Assembly: GCA_050084515.1 (NCBI GenBank)
Contig: CM114271.1
Span: forward strand, 29,264,001 to 29,328,000
DNA: 64,000 bases
Reading direction: 5' to 3'
From: Blasia pusilla
Taxonomy: Eukaryota
In this document: positions 1-12,500 of the stretch, in pieces
How the letters are laid out: every line of letters begins with the position of its first letter
Numbering within the stretch: the first letter of the stretch is position 1
Made by a program: the position numbers and the translations under genes
The notes under the pieces: generated by a model
Database searches by the model: none
Told to the model about the DNA's origin: nothing
The model's input: the letters and a program-made list of their open reading frames with translations, nothing else

Positions 1-650
1 AAGACCTCGTTTTGTGTTGCTAAGACATGCTTTGGTTCAATCCTTGGAGAGGGCCCGAAGACTACGCCGTGAAAATGGAGGATCCGGCGAACTAAGTTTT
101 TGCCGTGTGGTGTCTCTCAAAAACATCCTTTTCATTTAGTAGATGGGCCCATGGCCTCTTTTGGGACGTATGCTCGGCCGAACCTTCGCCCCCCGTAGGG
201 TCGCGGCGTCTCCTATGGCGGAGTGGCTGATTATCCCTATTAATCGGGCCATTTCCCAGCGTCTTGGCTTGCTGGTGTTGTCCCCGGTTCATAGTTGCCA
301 ACCCAGGTACCTAATATGAGAGCAAGATGGTCCCTGCGACTAATGATCTTCTGCAAGTACATTCTAGTAAGGGCTCGTGATGCATGGCCCGACCCAAACC
401 AAATAACAATCTCGGATTGAACCGATATTCCCAACGCGTGTTTGCCGTTCCACCAAGCGAGTCTTGGCTTTTATTAGGAATAGATTGAAAATGCGGATTG
501 CGCTGCCCTTTTGCATTCCTCGGCCGTTGATGCATGGCATGGCTACACACGTGCTACAATGGCAATTACAATTGGAAGCAATCTTTGTTGGAGCGGAAAG
601 ATTGCCTAAGTTGGATTGTTCTCTGCAACTTCGAGAACATGAAGTTGGAA

Positions 651-684
<34 letters not shown>

Positions 685-698
685 AGTACTCGGGCTCT
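1..698 (+). pseudogene. rrn18: Degraded mitochondrial-type SSU rRNA fragment (NUMT)
   Basis: Conserved SSU rRNA blocks: CCTCGTTTTGTGTTGCTAAGACATGC (5-30), GGCTACACACGTGCTACAATGG (541-562), GGATTGTTCTCTGCAAC..GAGAACATGAAGTTGGAA and CTAGTAATCGCGGATCAGCATGCCGCGGTGAAT (about 613-683). The sequence between blocks is degenerate or rearranged. Confidence 0.7.
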
Positions 699-774
699 AA
701 CTGCTTCGACAAGAAACCACACTCCACCATCATGAAAAGGCTGACGGCCTTGATAAAATGTCAACGGACCCTAG

Positions 775-1085
775 AACTGGTTATGAAACATGAGGTGTTG
801 CGGAGGGCATATGCGAGAGTGGAGCGTCCCTCCAATTTGTTGGTGGATTCTATATTGGATCCGGGCCGTCGATCACAAGCAGTGAGGCTAGATGATCGAC
901 CGCCGTTGACTGTGGTCAACAGGATTGGCATGCCACGGGCAACCTTTCCCACATTGGTGAGTTTTCCCGCTTCCTATGCATTGAAGGAGGCCAGACCTAA
1001 CTTATGGTTTGGGATGACCAGTTACAGAGGTTGGTGGAGCCCAATGCCGATGAGGGAGAGCGAGCGATGGGATTCCCCACAAGAG
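775..1085 (+). pseudogene. C-terminal part of the retroelement C5 cytosine methyltransferase (copy A)
   Basis: Collinear with 20450-20755 of copy C, including the motif IX-like ERERAMGFP. Motif X is deleted in this copy. Confidence 0.8.
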
Positions 1086-1799
1086 TGACGACATCACAGC
1101 ACTTGCGTTGGTGATCCCCATGCCTACCGAGATAGTTGAGGCACTGGCTGGGGGCAAGATCCAAGGAGATCGACACAGCAAGGGTGATCAAGAGGTACAT
1201 CCTTGGACTTCTTTGGATGTTCTACAGGTATGCCAGGAGATGATAGCCACAACACTGAGCGTGGTTCTGAGTACTGCACATGGAGGTCCGATTTTGCAGT
1301 TGGCTGTAGGGGAGCACTTGAGTTTTGTTGTTAGAGATGGGGTTGCACCATACCACCAACACCCGCGTCGGAGAGTCCTACCGTAGTCATGATGGAGACT
1401 TGGGAGCCAAATATAGGCCCTAAGTTGATTGGAGGAGAGCGGCGCCGGATACACCAGTTCCTTACGAGTTATAGGAGGTATTTTGCATTTAGTATGGATG
1501 ATTTGGGTACGCTGAAGGGTCCAAGGATCCGCATTGAGTTGTCGAGTGACACGTCGATCTTCCGACAACCCTACAGGTACAGTGATATGGAGAGGATCTC
1601 GCCAAGAAGGATGTGCATGGCAACTGGATGTATAGGCGGATCTGTGGAGATTACCGACCTATCAATTGGCAGACAAAGTTCAATTGGTATGCCATACCCA
1701 CTCCTGAGGAGATCTTTGATGCGATTGGGCATGCAAAGGTCTTCAGTTCATTGGATTTGCAAGTCGGATACCATCAGCTGCCTATCAGATTGGGGAACA

Positions 1800-2897
1800 A
1801 GCAGACTCCACAGTTGCATCCACTTCCAATCATGGGTTTAGGTTATAGATGGAGTTTGGATTTTGCAGGACCTTTGCCTTTGACGTAGCGTCATAGTCGC
1901 TATGAGTTGGTGATGATCGAGCACTTTCTCAAAGTGGATAGAGTTGGTTGCATTGCTTGACAAGGCTAGTGAGGGAGTAGCGTATGCCTTCCTAGATCGG
2001 GTGCTGAGTCATTACGATGCACCAGCTGAGGTATTGACAGACCAGGGTATATAGTTCCGCGGGGAGTTTCAAGCCTTGTGTGATCAGGCACTGATTCCAC
2101 CGCACTACTTCGCGAGATCATCTTGAGGCGGATGGACTAGCGGAGCGGGTTGTGCAAACGGTGAAGAGAGGACTACGCAAGTATGGCTTGCAGAGAGGTC
2201 ACCTAGGAGATTGGGACCTCAAGTTGCCGTGGTTTGCAATGAGATACACATTCAACAGGCATGCATCCTTAGTGCATGTCTTTCTCATCATACTTGCTTT
2301 TGTATGGCCGAGAGCCAGATTACCTACGGCCATTTGTCGAGATGTTGGTGAGGTGTTGAACCTTGATGACCCTGATGTATGGATGCGAGCATGTTCTAAG
2401 AGGATTGAGTTATTTCGAAGAGTGATGCCCATGGCGTTTGAGAACTTGGCGATTACGCAATATCGGGATACATTGAGGTATGCGATTATTCGGGAGGTGG
2501 TTATCGACCTACTATCCGGAGTTTTCATAAGGGAGACTATGTCTACTTGCAACAGACGGCACCCACGACCTTGGATGTGACTGCATGGTGCACCATCTTG
2601 AGAGTGTGTGAGGTTTTGCCATCCACTATTCTCTTATTGGAGGGACGTGATGGTATGGTTTGGAAGGACCATCTGCGTAACTATGCGCCATATCATTTTC
2701 CAAACATTGACGGTACAATTGATCCAAGCTTAGCAGTAGTTCCTACACGCTTGAGATGTATGTTGTGTGGTTCCGCCCGTGGTGCAGCCACTATGCTAGT
2801 GTGTGATGGATGTTCGAAAGGATGGCATATGGCATGTCTGACGTTACCTCTCACTAGGGTTCCTGAGGTACAATGGATGTGTCCCAGATGTACATAG
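1800..2897 (+). pseudogene. Gypsy integrase with C-terminal PHD finger (PHD 2757-2891)
   Basis: DDE core (SLDFAG / TDQG / AERVV), a GDYVYL..RNYAPYH tail, then CMLC-x11-CDGC-x4-H-x2-C-x14-CPRC with PL..VP...W.C, a canonical C4HC3 PHD. Confidence 0.85.
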
Positions 2898-3077
2898 TGT
2901 AGCTAGTTCTACATTCCGACTTGTGTCTCTGACATGGATGACAAGAAGACGACTATTGATGGGGCCACATGAGCACTCGACCTTCTAGCTCTTAGCGTCT
3001 GAGAGATGTATGTCATGGTAGGTAGGGATAGATGGCTATCTAGAGTTAGAGGGACCTAACCACCAGGTAGGAGGGCG

Positions 3078-3497
3078 ATTGGAGATATTTTGGTACTTCT
3101 TGTCTCGTTGTTGGGATGTCATGAGTTTGCATGGGATCGTGCGTGTTTGTGTGTGTGTTCGGTGACAGCGTGTGTGTTGTGTAGCGATGTGTATGCGTAT
3201 GAGAGTTGTCACGTCTTTTAGGATAGATCGGTGAGATCTAGTAGCGCGCCTTCACAAGTAGTGGAGGACAGGCTCAAGAGGTTGAGAATGACCTGCAGAG
3301 GCCCCAAGAAATATGATAGATTAAGATAAAATTTTCATTAGGTCTCAAAATTCCAAAAAGGATTATCACATCCATGCGCATACACATCGCTATACAACAT
3401 ACATCGCTGTCACCGAACATACACACAAACACGCACGATCCCATGCTAACTCATGACATCCAAACAATGAGACAAGAAGTACCAAAATATTTCTAAT
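3078..3497. repeat. Inverted repeat, arms about 130 bp (about 3078-3205 and 3365-3497)
   Basis: 3365-3497 is the reverse complement, with scattered mismatches, of the 3' untranslated region of gypsy copy A. Confidence 0.85.
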
Positions 3498-6400
3498 TAA
3501 ATCAAGATCCAATGTCTCTCAACATCATAGCTTTCAAATGTGTGCACTCTCCTATTAATATAGGAGCGATTCCTCCATGGCCACGCCTCTCTTCGTGAAG
3601 CGTGTCAAATGTTTTAGTGCCCAAAACCATAAAAAAAGAAAAAAGAAAATTATGAGAGATAATTAAGTCAAGAGATGGGAGGTGAGAGGGGAGGGAGAAT
3701 TTTCTAGTTTTTAATTTGAAATCTTTTAGGAATAGAGATTAAATTTAGTTATGCTCTCACGTATTTTTTATAAGTAAGATATTCTCAAAAAAATGAAGGA
3801 GTGAAGTAATTCTTCTAAATTTTTATTTCCCTTAAAATATGAACATTTCTCCCGACAATAGATAGGGAAAATTTTTTCAACATAAAAATAACTAGATTCA
3901 AAAATATTATTCACTAAGTAGAAAAGATGCACAAAGTGATGTTTAGATAACTTATTCTGCATTCTTATCTTTTTTTAATCTCTTTTCATTTTTGAACCTT
4001 TTCGAGTTCTTAATTTTTTTTCAATTTTTTTATAAATTCTTAAAGTGCATTGTAAAGACATTTTTACTACTATGCATGTATGAATATAATTATATACATA
4101 CAACTCTTTCCATATTGGAAAAAAATTATATTTATATCTATATCACTATTGGCAACCCTATATGCACAATAAAAAAATAGTTTTAAGTAGATAATTATGT
4201 CTCTTCATATTAGATATTTTGGGAAAGAAAAATTTTCTTGAAAGAGGAAAATGGTGTTATTTGTTAATTTAACTAATCGTCTGGTTAGTGAATTGAAAGG
4301 ATAGGAAATAATATTTGTAAACTCTCAAGGGAAAATATAATTATTTAGGAGAATAGAGTATTATGTAAAAATTAATAGAGAAGCGGAATTATGGAGAAGA
4401 ACGATATGTTATTCCCGTTTAAAATTCAGGAAAGTGGAACTTTCATATCAAAAGATATCTACATTCTTAAAAAAATCATTTTAGTACGCAAGCATACTAA
4501 ATAGTCATGTATAATGGGGATAGGATAACGTTACATTGTGAAGCCACGCTCGATTATAACCTACTAGGTAAAGGGACTAACCATATTCATGTAAATTCAA
4601 GTGAATGGGGAATATGTTTTTTACACAAAAGGGCAGGTCCAATTTTGACCCCATAATTTTAAATCATAAACACACAGTTCTTTACAAATTAAGAAAACAC
4701 TCTTAAATGATAATATAAATTATTTCATGAAGAAAATTAATATATTTGAAAATAAATATATTAAATAAAATGTTTCTTCTAGTTTTTGTTATATCACTCA
4801 CCACCCCTTAAAAAACCTTGCAAGACACTCCGATGTAAGTGTAGTGAAGAATCCACATATTAGGAAATACGTGGAGTCAAGTGTTACCCGTTTTCCTATT
4901 CCGAAACTGGACTGGTATACGGCCCACTCTTTTCTCCCTCTCCATTCACTAACTACTTTCTCTTCCACCCCTCTCAGAGGATGGATACAAGATACGAAGA
5001 CTTCGCCGTAACAGACTCACGGTTCCCACGAGGCTGAGCAATTGCGACAAATTTCCGCGAGTTCACCATTCTAAGACTTCGACTCGAGCAACTTGAATTC
5101 TAGGGTATCTCGAGGATTTTGTAGGCAACCGTGCATTTCATGCTTGGTAGGGTACCTTCGCAGAGCATATCGCGACCAATTGTAGGTCATCTAATTGGAA
5201 TTTACGCTGTCCTTCGGCCCTGTCCCCGGAAATCCAAATGCCCGATCTGATCAGGACTCCACTAAACTCTGCTCAATCTAGATCTTGAGCAGAGTTTACC
5301 GAGCTTACAACCCTAAATGTTTCAGACCGACGGGATCCGGCGGCACACGAGATCGTGAGGAGTTAACTCGCTAACATCGATAGCAAACCTAGGGAACGCT
5401 GTCGGAATAAAACGTACAATCTCTTGGGAGTGCTGAAATTCGAGTCAGTCTATAGAAAGTCGAACGCGCTGAGCCTGGTCTAGAACCTATAATCGAAAGA
5501 CCCTGTCAGCTGACCATGTGTCGTGTTCACTCTAAGATTGCAAGTTCCTTTTGGATTAGTATCCTTTCGCAGTTTGACAAAAAATTGACTCAGATACTTC
5601 TCACCTTATCTAATGTTCTTTTCTTTTCGGGAACTCTCGACTCCGGACATGTTGATGCTGCCGACTCTTTCACAACGCGCACCATAAGAGCGCGCAACGG
5701 CTGAGCCGTCACCAAGTGAATCGAGATGCTTTCGCTTGCAGGGTGAAGTTTGTATTGTGCAACCTAGTGACCATCTACTATTTAAACTACATATACGCCG
5801 TAAGATTCACGGATTAAATCTCAAATTCTCAAATGCCATTGAAAATTAATTTGAAATGATATTTGACCGAAAATATGAAGTGAGGAGCGCACTGTCAATA
5901 TAATACATAGAGATAGATTACGTTTGCCCGTGACGCGATGTGGCACACACGAGCATGATTGCAAGCACCCCTGGTCAGCGCGGTGGTGCAACACGCTGGC
6001 GACACATGGATGTGCTCGGAGCATGCCGAAGCCACGCACGCTGGCAACGGGGCACACTTCGATGGGTCTGGAATAGCTTCCAACTGACTGACACAGAAGG
6101 GGCTGGTCCAGTTTTGACCCGAGATCTCGGAAGTTTGATGGGTACTCGTGATTAGCTAATGAACAGCTTGACGAATTCACCGTTGTACATGTGGCGCGTT
6201 CTTACAATGTAAGCCCCTCGCTTCTCACGAAGCCATGGCCAATTCTAATGCAACAATCGAATAGCTAATGCAAGAAGCAAAACCTAGCTTAGAGCTACTG
6301 TTACCAGATCTCAACGTCCAACCGTTTCTAGTGCGCTGTTAATTAATTAAACACCGAGCCCGATATGAATGGCCGTACTTATCGTACTTTTATATTACAT

Positions 6401-9400
6401 GATAAAATATAATAATTTAGCCGCAGGAGAATCTCGTTATCGGGCACCAGTACCCAGGCTTTTGGAGAGGGTCTTAAGAACCGGCGCAACTGCGATCGAT
6501 AAGCTTCCAATGGGCGGTTCCCAAATTGATTAAATGGAGGCAGGTATCCATATTAGGTGGATCTACAGGTGCAACATAGACATGCTTAGTTAGCAATGAG
6601 AATAAGCATTCGTGTGGTCTCCGAGCTGGCAACTGTTGGCGTCTGATTTCCGGCCTGCTCCCTAATGATACTTTTACGTTTCCGGGTGATCAGGTTTGCT
6701 TTCAATAGATTCAATGTGCGCGTCCTCTTCTTGACATTGAAGTGCCTCGTGGATCGACAATGCATTCGGAATATTTTCAAAATCAAGCCGCACATTTTGA
6801 CAGTTAGGGTTGGTTCAATCTTACAAGGGAGCTCAAACCAGAATCTAGGTTGATTTTCGAGGTCTCGATTGCTTTATCCACATGTGTATACACATGTGGA
6901 TAAAGCAAGCCAGGAGCAGTCAGGCCACATTGATCGGTAAATCTAACCTTCAGTTCTACTGACTATCAATCTTGTCAACCTTCATTCAACCCAGAATTCA
7001 ATCTTCCAACGTTTCAAGCTGGCTTCGTCCGCAAACCTGAGCTATCGACAATCGCCTCGCGTGAATCTATTGAACGTACTGAGCTTTCTGGTGAGGTGAT
7101 TTACTGCCTAAGCTTATTCGCTACCTTCACTTTTCACATCCTGGCCAGATTCTTTCCAAGCCATGTGTCACAAAACATGTTTGGTAAACTCATCCGCGCG
7201 TGTCGACCTTGGCCGTGGCCTGATCGAGACTGCAGATATTTTGTGATTTTAAGTTTATTTCTGTATCTTGAAGCAAGGTGGATCCAAACGACAATGTCTT
7301 TGTAAGAAGAGGAAGCTAGAGCTAAACCCTACTTTCCGAGCCTAACCTGTGAAGACATCGTCTTGGAAAGGTTCCAGCCGCACCAAATTGCCACCAATCC
7401 GAGATTCCGCATCCCAAAGCGTTCACTTTATCAGATTGTCAGTGCGTATCGACGCGTTGTTTCATTGACCATCTAACATTAAACGTAAATATCTTGGCGC
7501 AGGTACGTCTTCCCCGAGGCTGCGTACTATGAGGAAATCGGAACTTACTTTTGCCAAGTTAATTGTATACCTTGCTGCTAGCTAGCTAGCACCTGACCTC
7601 ACGGCATGTCGCGGGGCTTTTCTGACGCGCGGGTCTTCCGATGCTTTTGTCCTGCTTTTTCAAGGTGAGCTGATCACAGTAATTCAGTTGATTCGGTTTA
7701 GCCTCTCAAGTCAACGAATTGAACTTCCTCACGAATCCAAGAACCCTGTCTGTTTGAACTCTAAAGTTCGAATAGGAGTTAAGGTTAACAAGTATGCGGC
7801 CCCGGCTTGCTTCAGAATGTGGGAGATGTTATTATAAGCAGAGAATAGGGAAATGATGATCTGGCTCGCTTGGGGGCTATCAACTGTGGTCTCGTAAGCT
7901 TGGCCAGGCACGCACTTGATCTTTCTCCCGATCCACGGGCTGATTGGAAGTAACTGGGTCCTTATGAAGTGGATACATCTGACTTAGTAATTAGGAGACA
8001 AATGCTATATATGCACTCAGGTTACAAGCGAGTTGGTAGCTCCGTTTTACAATATAGTGTGTAGCGAACTTTTTACAAGTGAATTACGCTTCAAGCGAGG
8101 TGGTATCTTTGTTTATAATATAGTGTGCGGCGAAATTTTACAAGAAACTCACTGATGTGGTAATTCTTCGAATTGACGATTAGGATTAATAACACCTAGC
8201 CATTATTATAAGTGGAACACTAGTACTTGTTTGGTTCATGTGACATTTCAGAAGGATTATCAAAGGCGTGAGAAGGATTAGTGTGTATAAGTAACGTAAA
8301 CTTGTTTAGCTGCTGTTTAGCGGTGGCCGTAGGACAGTTGGGGTAGAATGAAACTGAACAGGTATTGTAAATGTTCCAGAATTACCCAGGTGTAAGCTTG
8401 GTGTGGCACAACGATGGAAATAACAATAGACACTATATCTTGGAAATCGTGAGTAAAAACAGACTTATGGATCAGCTAAATAAGAAAGGGACACCAATCA
8501 AATAGCTGTTTGGTTATTAATGGGATGGTGGAATGAAAAAAATGAATGAAAAATAAAGTTGACACGAAGCCTTACTCATATGGTCGGAGTGAACCAGAGA
8601 ATTTCATGAAATGAGCCGACATATTTATAAGTAAGGATAGATGGTAGAAACTCAGCCCACTCACGCAGCATGTACGATGATTATCAACTATTTGGCACAC
8701 ATAGACCTAGATGCTTGGCCTGAGGAGAATGCCAAGATCTCCGAAATAAAACTATGAAGAACATAGTCGTTACCGTACTTGTGCAAGCAAAACTTTTGAA
8801 CTTTCAGTAGCTTGTTGTGAATCAACTTCACTTGTCTCTGCATATTAAGGTTTTCTTCTACATTATGGTTACTCTCATGGGCTAGAGAATGCATTATTGT
8901 GCGCAAAATGTCATTGTGATGTTCAGACTCCTCAAGCCGGTCCTCCCTCCTCTGTGCTTATTGACCTTTGTCTGCGATGCTTCTTCTGGACGGCATGGGT
9001 ATGAGAGTTGGGTGTACCATAGCTACTTGCCTGAGGTGTCGCAAAACTTCTATCGTGCAGACATCACAAAACGGATGGGAAGTAAAATGGAAATCTTATG
9101 AACTGAAGGAAGCATTCAAAGAGGCAGAAGTTCAATTGCAAATTCGTGGTAAAGCCAGTACAATCGAGTGAATATGTTTACAAGACAAGAAATATGAACT
9201 CTTTATTCATGAAGTCGACCTGTTGACACGGAAATGGTGTACACTAGCAAGCAACAGATGGTATTGCACATATACACCCACTCTGAGATAGTGTATGGTA
9301 ACACCACAAATATGGTGAAATAAGTGTGTAAAACATTTATATCGCGGGGTATCACAAAAATGGGCCGAGGTAGTTGTGATGGCATTGCACAATGCTAGTA

Positions 9401-9574
9401 GGTAGTGCATGGTAATAAGATATGGGTTCTCAAAGTTCAGGAGTTGATGCAATGGAGAAAAAACATGCTTCACAAGCCAAAGCTTAGACAAGGTAATAAG
9501 TCTGGTGGATAACTTTTGGGTTGAGGTCTGCTGCCGAAGTATTAAAGGCCTGCCACAACCATGCACAATAAGGT

Positions 9575-12500
9575 GATGGACCTGCCCGAGCATCCGCTCC
9601 AAGGGCAGGTCCATCACCTCCTCTACAATCACCTCTGCACGTGATGCAGGAACTCCGACTCCGGGCTCACATAGTGAAGCGGCCAGCCGAAAAGCCTCGG
9701 CGGGCGTACCCCCCAGCGTCATAACATCGGAAGCAGAAAATAAAGGAGCGCGGTACACAATGGTGGCCGCCCCCAAAATGTGTTTGACACATGCCCCTCG
9801 TGAGCATCAGCAATAGGAGTCGTCGCACTCGCTTCTCCCATCGCCCTCCGTGCCTACACACCAAACTCTCCAGGAACTCTGATCAGGATCCATTGATGGG
9901 GTCCTCATCGCCTCGGACAACATGAAAGACTGAGGAAGCCTAGTCTGTTTCTTGGCTTCCCCTCAATGTGGATCCAACTCTGCGGTTGCTCCACGCGTCA
10001 CAACTGCGGCTACCTCCATCTGGGCAACCTTGCACTTCCAACCAGGATCCTCCATATCTCTGGCTGCTCCATATGATGTCGATGCCACAGATTTGGCATC
10101 GGGTAATCTCAATGCCATAGTGGCAATCTGCTCTTGTAGCTGATGTATCTGAGCAGCCATCCTAGCCTCACGCCCGTCATCTCCCTCGACGCGTCTAGGT
10201 GGTAGGACTCTATCTTCTCCACGGGCAACTCCATCACCGTGTCGGGAAACTCCAGCTCCTTGTCCCCCAACGGGACCACCTGGTGCAGGATCTCTAGGCC
10301 CACCCAGACCGGCTATTCGCTCTGGTGCCCTCTCTGGCCCTCGGTCCGAACGTAACTCACAATATAAACTGAAACACCTAGCGCGTGTATGACCATACCT
10401 CTGACAATAGTCACACTAATAACCTCCTAGTGCACCATCTCCTCCTCTATGTTGAGGCACACGTCCATGACCCTGACGAGTGCAGTCGCGCTGATGATGG
10501 GCTCCACCACATGACCAACAAGTGATAGTAGGCGGCTGCTGTTGAGCCGCATATGAAGGCGTAGGTCTTGTGGCATGGCCTCCCAGTATCCTCCCTAAGC
10601 TCGTGGAGCCACAGTCGATCTATCTCTCATCACCTTCTATTCCGCATCTTGAGTCTTTCGTGTCACTCTTGAGTGTATGGCTTTGGGATTGCTTGCTCTT
10701 CCAATGATAGTGGATCACCCCTCTTGGGAGAGTAACTTGACCATGGTCTATTCTTCGAGAGGTTTCTAGAGTGTGGTGTGTGTGTGGAGATAAGAGGTCA
10801 CCTTAGAGGAGTTTAGTCATACTAAAATAATGAATATTTTATATTTTGTATGTCCTTATAGGGATTGTACTTTGTATGTCCTTATATAGCAATCCATGGA
10901 CGTCAATAGGCCTGCTCAAGTAGGGTTTAACACTAGTTGTGCTATCTTCCTTGTATACAAGCGTAAAGTAGTTTATAGGGATTTTATAGCTATGAATTTT
11001 GGGGTCTGATATTACGAAGAAGTGATCGCCTCGGCACTTCTATTTGTGAGACCTATCGTGAGAGAATGGAGAGTATACATGATAATCTTGTATTGAAAAA
11101 GGAGAACTTCTTAGAGATTTCACCTTGCATCGACCACGTCTGCCGCAGCTAGAAGGTCTGCCCTTACTCAAAGAAAGGCTCTCGAAACGACAACGTTGCT
11201 GCACACGAGGGGCAGACAATCGCGACTGCTCTTGCCAGAACCCATGGTGGCTACGCTCTCCTCCGCCATGTTGCCCTCAATGTTCTTGGCGGTCCTAAAA
11301 AAAACTCTCAACGTAGGGGAGGTGTTCATAAGAAGCACCCCGACCCGCACCCGTGTCTGTAGGGTCCGGTCAAGCATCCTAAACCGTGACTAGATAGCCT
11401 GAGCCTCCGTCACCCCCTGAGTCACATTGATCAACTGGCGCAAGCGAGTGTAAGCCTCACGCAAACTCTCACATGGGCGCCTCTGGAAGTCGTGGATGCT
11501 CCGCAACTTCTCCGTCCGTACCCCCTGGTAGCTTGCCCTCAACTCAGCAAAGAACTCAACCACAGGGTTGAACTTGAGACGAACCCAACTAGATGGTGCA
11601 ATTGCTCCCGTGTGAGTAATCCCTCCTAAAACGTCACTAGTGGAAGAGGAAGTAGCCTCTCTTGACTCCTCCTCCTCATTTGGGAATGGCTCCATCCATG
11701 ACATATAATGTGGGTCATAGTAGAGCCTCCATGCCTTGATCTCATGTGCATATCTCTGAGAGAACTCATGGTAATCGTCCATGGGCGTCCCCTCTAAATG
11801 CTGAAACATACCGTTCCATGCTGTAAACGGGTTGAACTCTCTAGAGTTCCTGGCCCGCTGGGAGTGGCGCCAACTCCTAAACTCTACTATGAAATCGTGC
11901 AACTCAATTGTGCCTACTACACTTGAAAACCTACGCGGTCCTCTACCTTGGTCGTCCATCAAATGCCCAACTGGTAGGACCACTCACAATGTGTGGCGAT
12001 GTGCTCACAAACTCCTCTACACCCTCCCCCTTGTCTGACGATGACACAGAAGGAGGTTGAGGTGGTCCCTCACGTGGAGACCCTCAGAACCTCGCGCCAC
12101 TCCGCGTATATCCTCTAGAGCTACTCTCAAGTTCATCACCTCGCCTCTTTAAGTCTCGAACTGACTCCGTGATGACCCTCATGCCCCTCTCACTCGATCA
12201 CTCTCAAACTTGCAAGTAATCCCTCTATCACCCATCCCAAACATGTGGCACTCAATCTACACTCTCCCTCCCCGAGATGTATAACGTGTGGCAACAAGCG
12301 GCGTGGTGCGGCAAATCGACTAGGCTATCATCTCATCGACAACCTACCCTCAACTCCGGACACTCCACACAGATCTATGTCCCCTAAACCACATACATAA
12401 ATGATGCTCTCAACATCCACACACCCAATATCCCCTAATAAACTACCCAGATCCTAGAATCCCTCACGCGTGCAGGGTACAGGACCAGAATGGGTAACGT

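Larger units (their letters stand above)
775..3310 (+). mobile_element. Ty3/gypsy retrotransposon copy A (DNMT/PHD family), 5'-truncated with internal deletions
   Basis: In order: methyltransferase C-terminus (HEVLRRAYARVERPSNLLVDSILDP..ERERAMGFP), RT N-terminus (CGDYRPIN..PTPEEIFDAIGHAKVFSSLDLQVGYHQ), integrase core (WSLDFAGP..VLTDQG..GLAERVVQTVKRGL), C-terminal PHD finger, then LTR start TGTCAC at 3207. Contains stops and frameshifts. Confidence 0.9.

Noticed and set aside
534-1088. 184-aa ORF as a real gene
   Set aside because: Chance read-through from rRNA-derived sequence into the retroelement MTase fragment.
4900-8000. Short ORFs in apparently unique DNA (also 56900-58500)
   Set aside because: No recognisable domains or consistent exon structure.
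8150-9450. Possible Mutator-like transposase remnant (HEVDLLTRKWCT..CVKHLY resembles a SWIM finger)
   Set aside because: Too decayed; no DDE core or termini could be confirmed.
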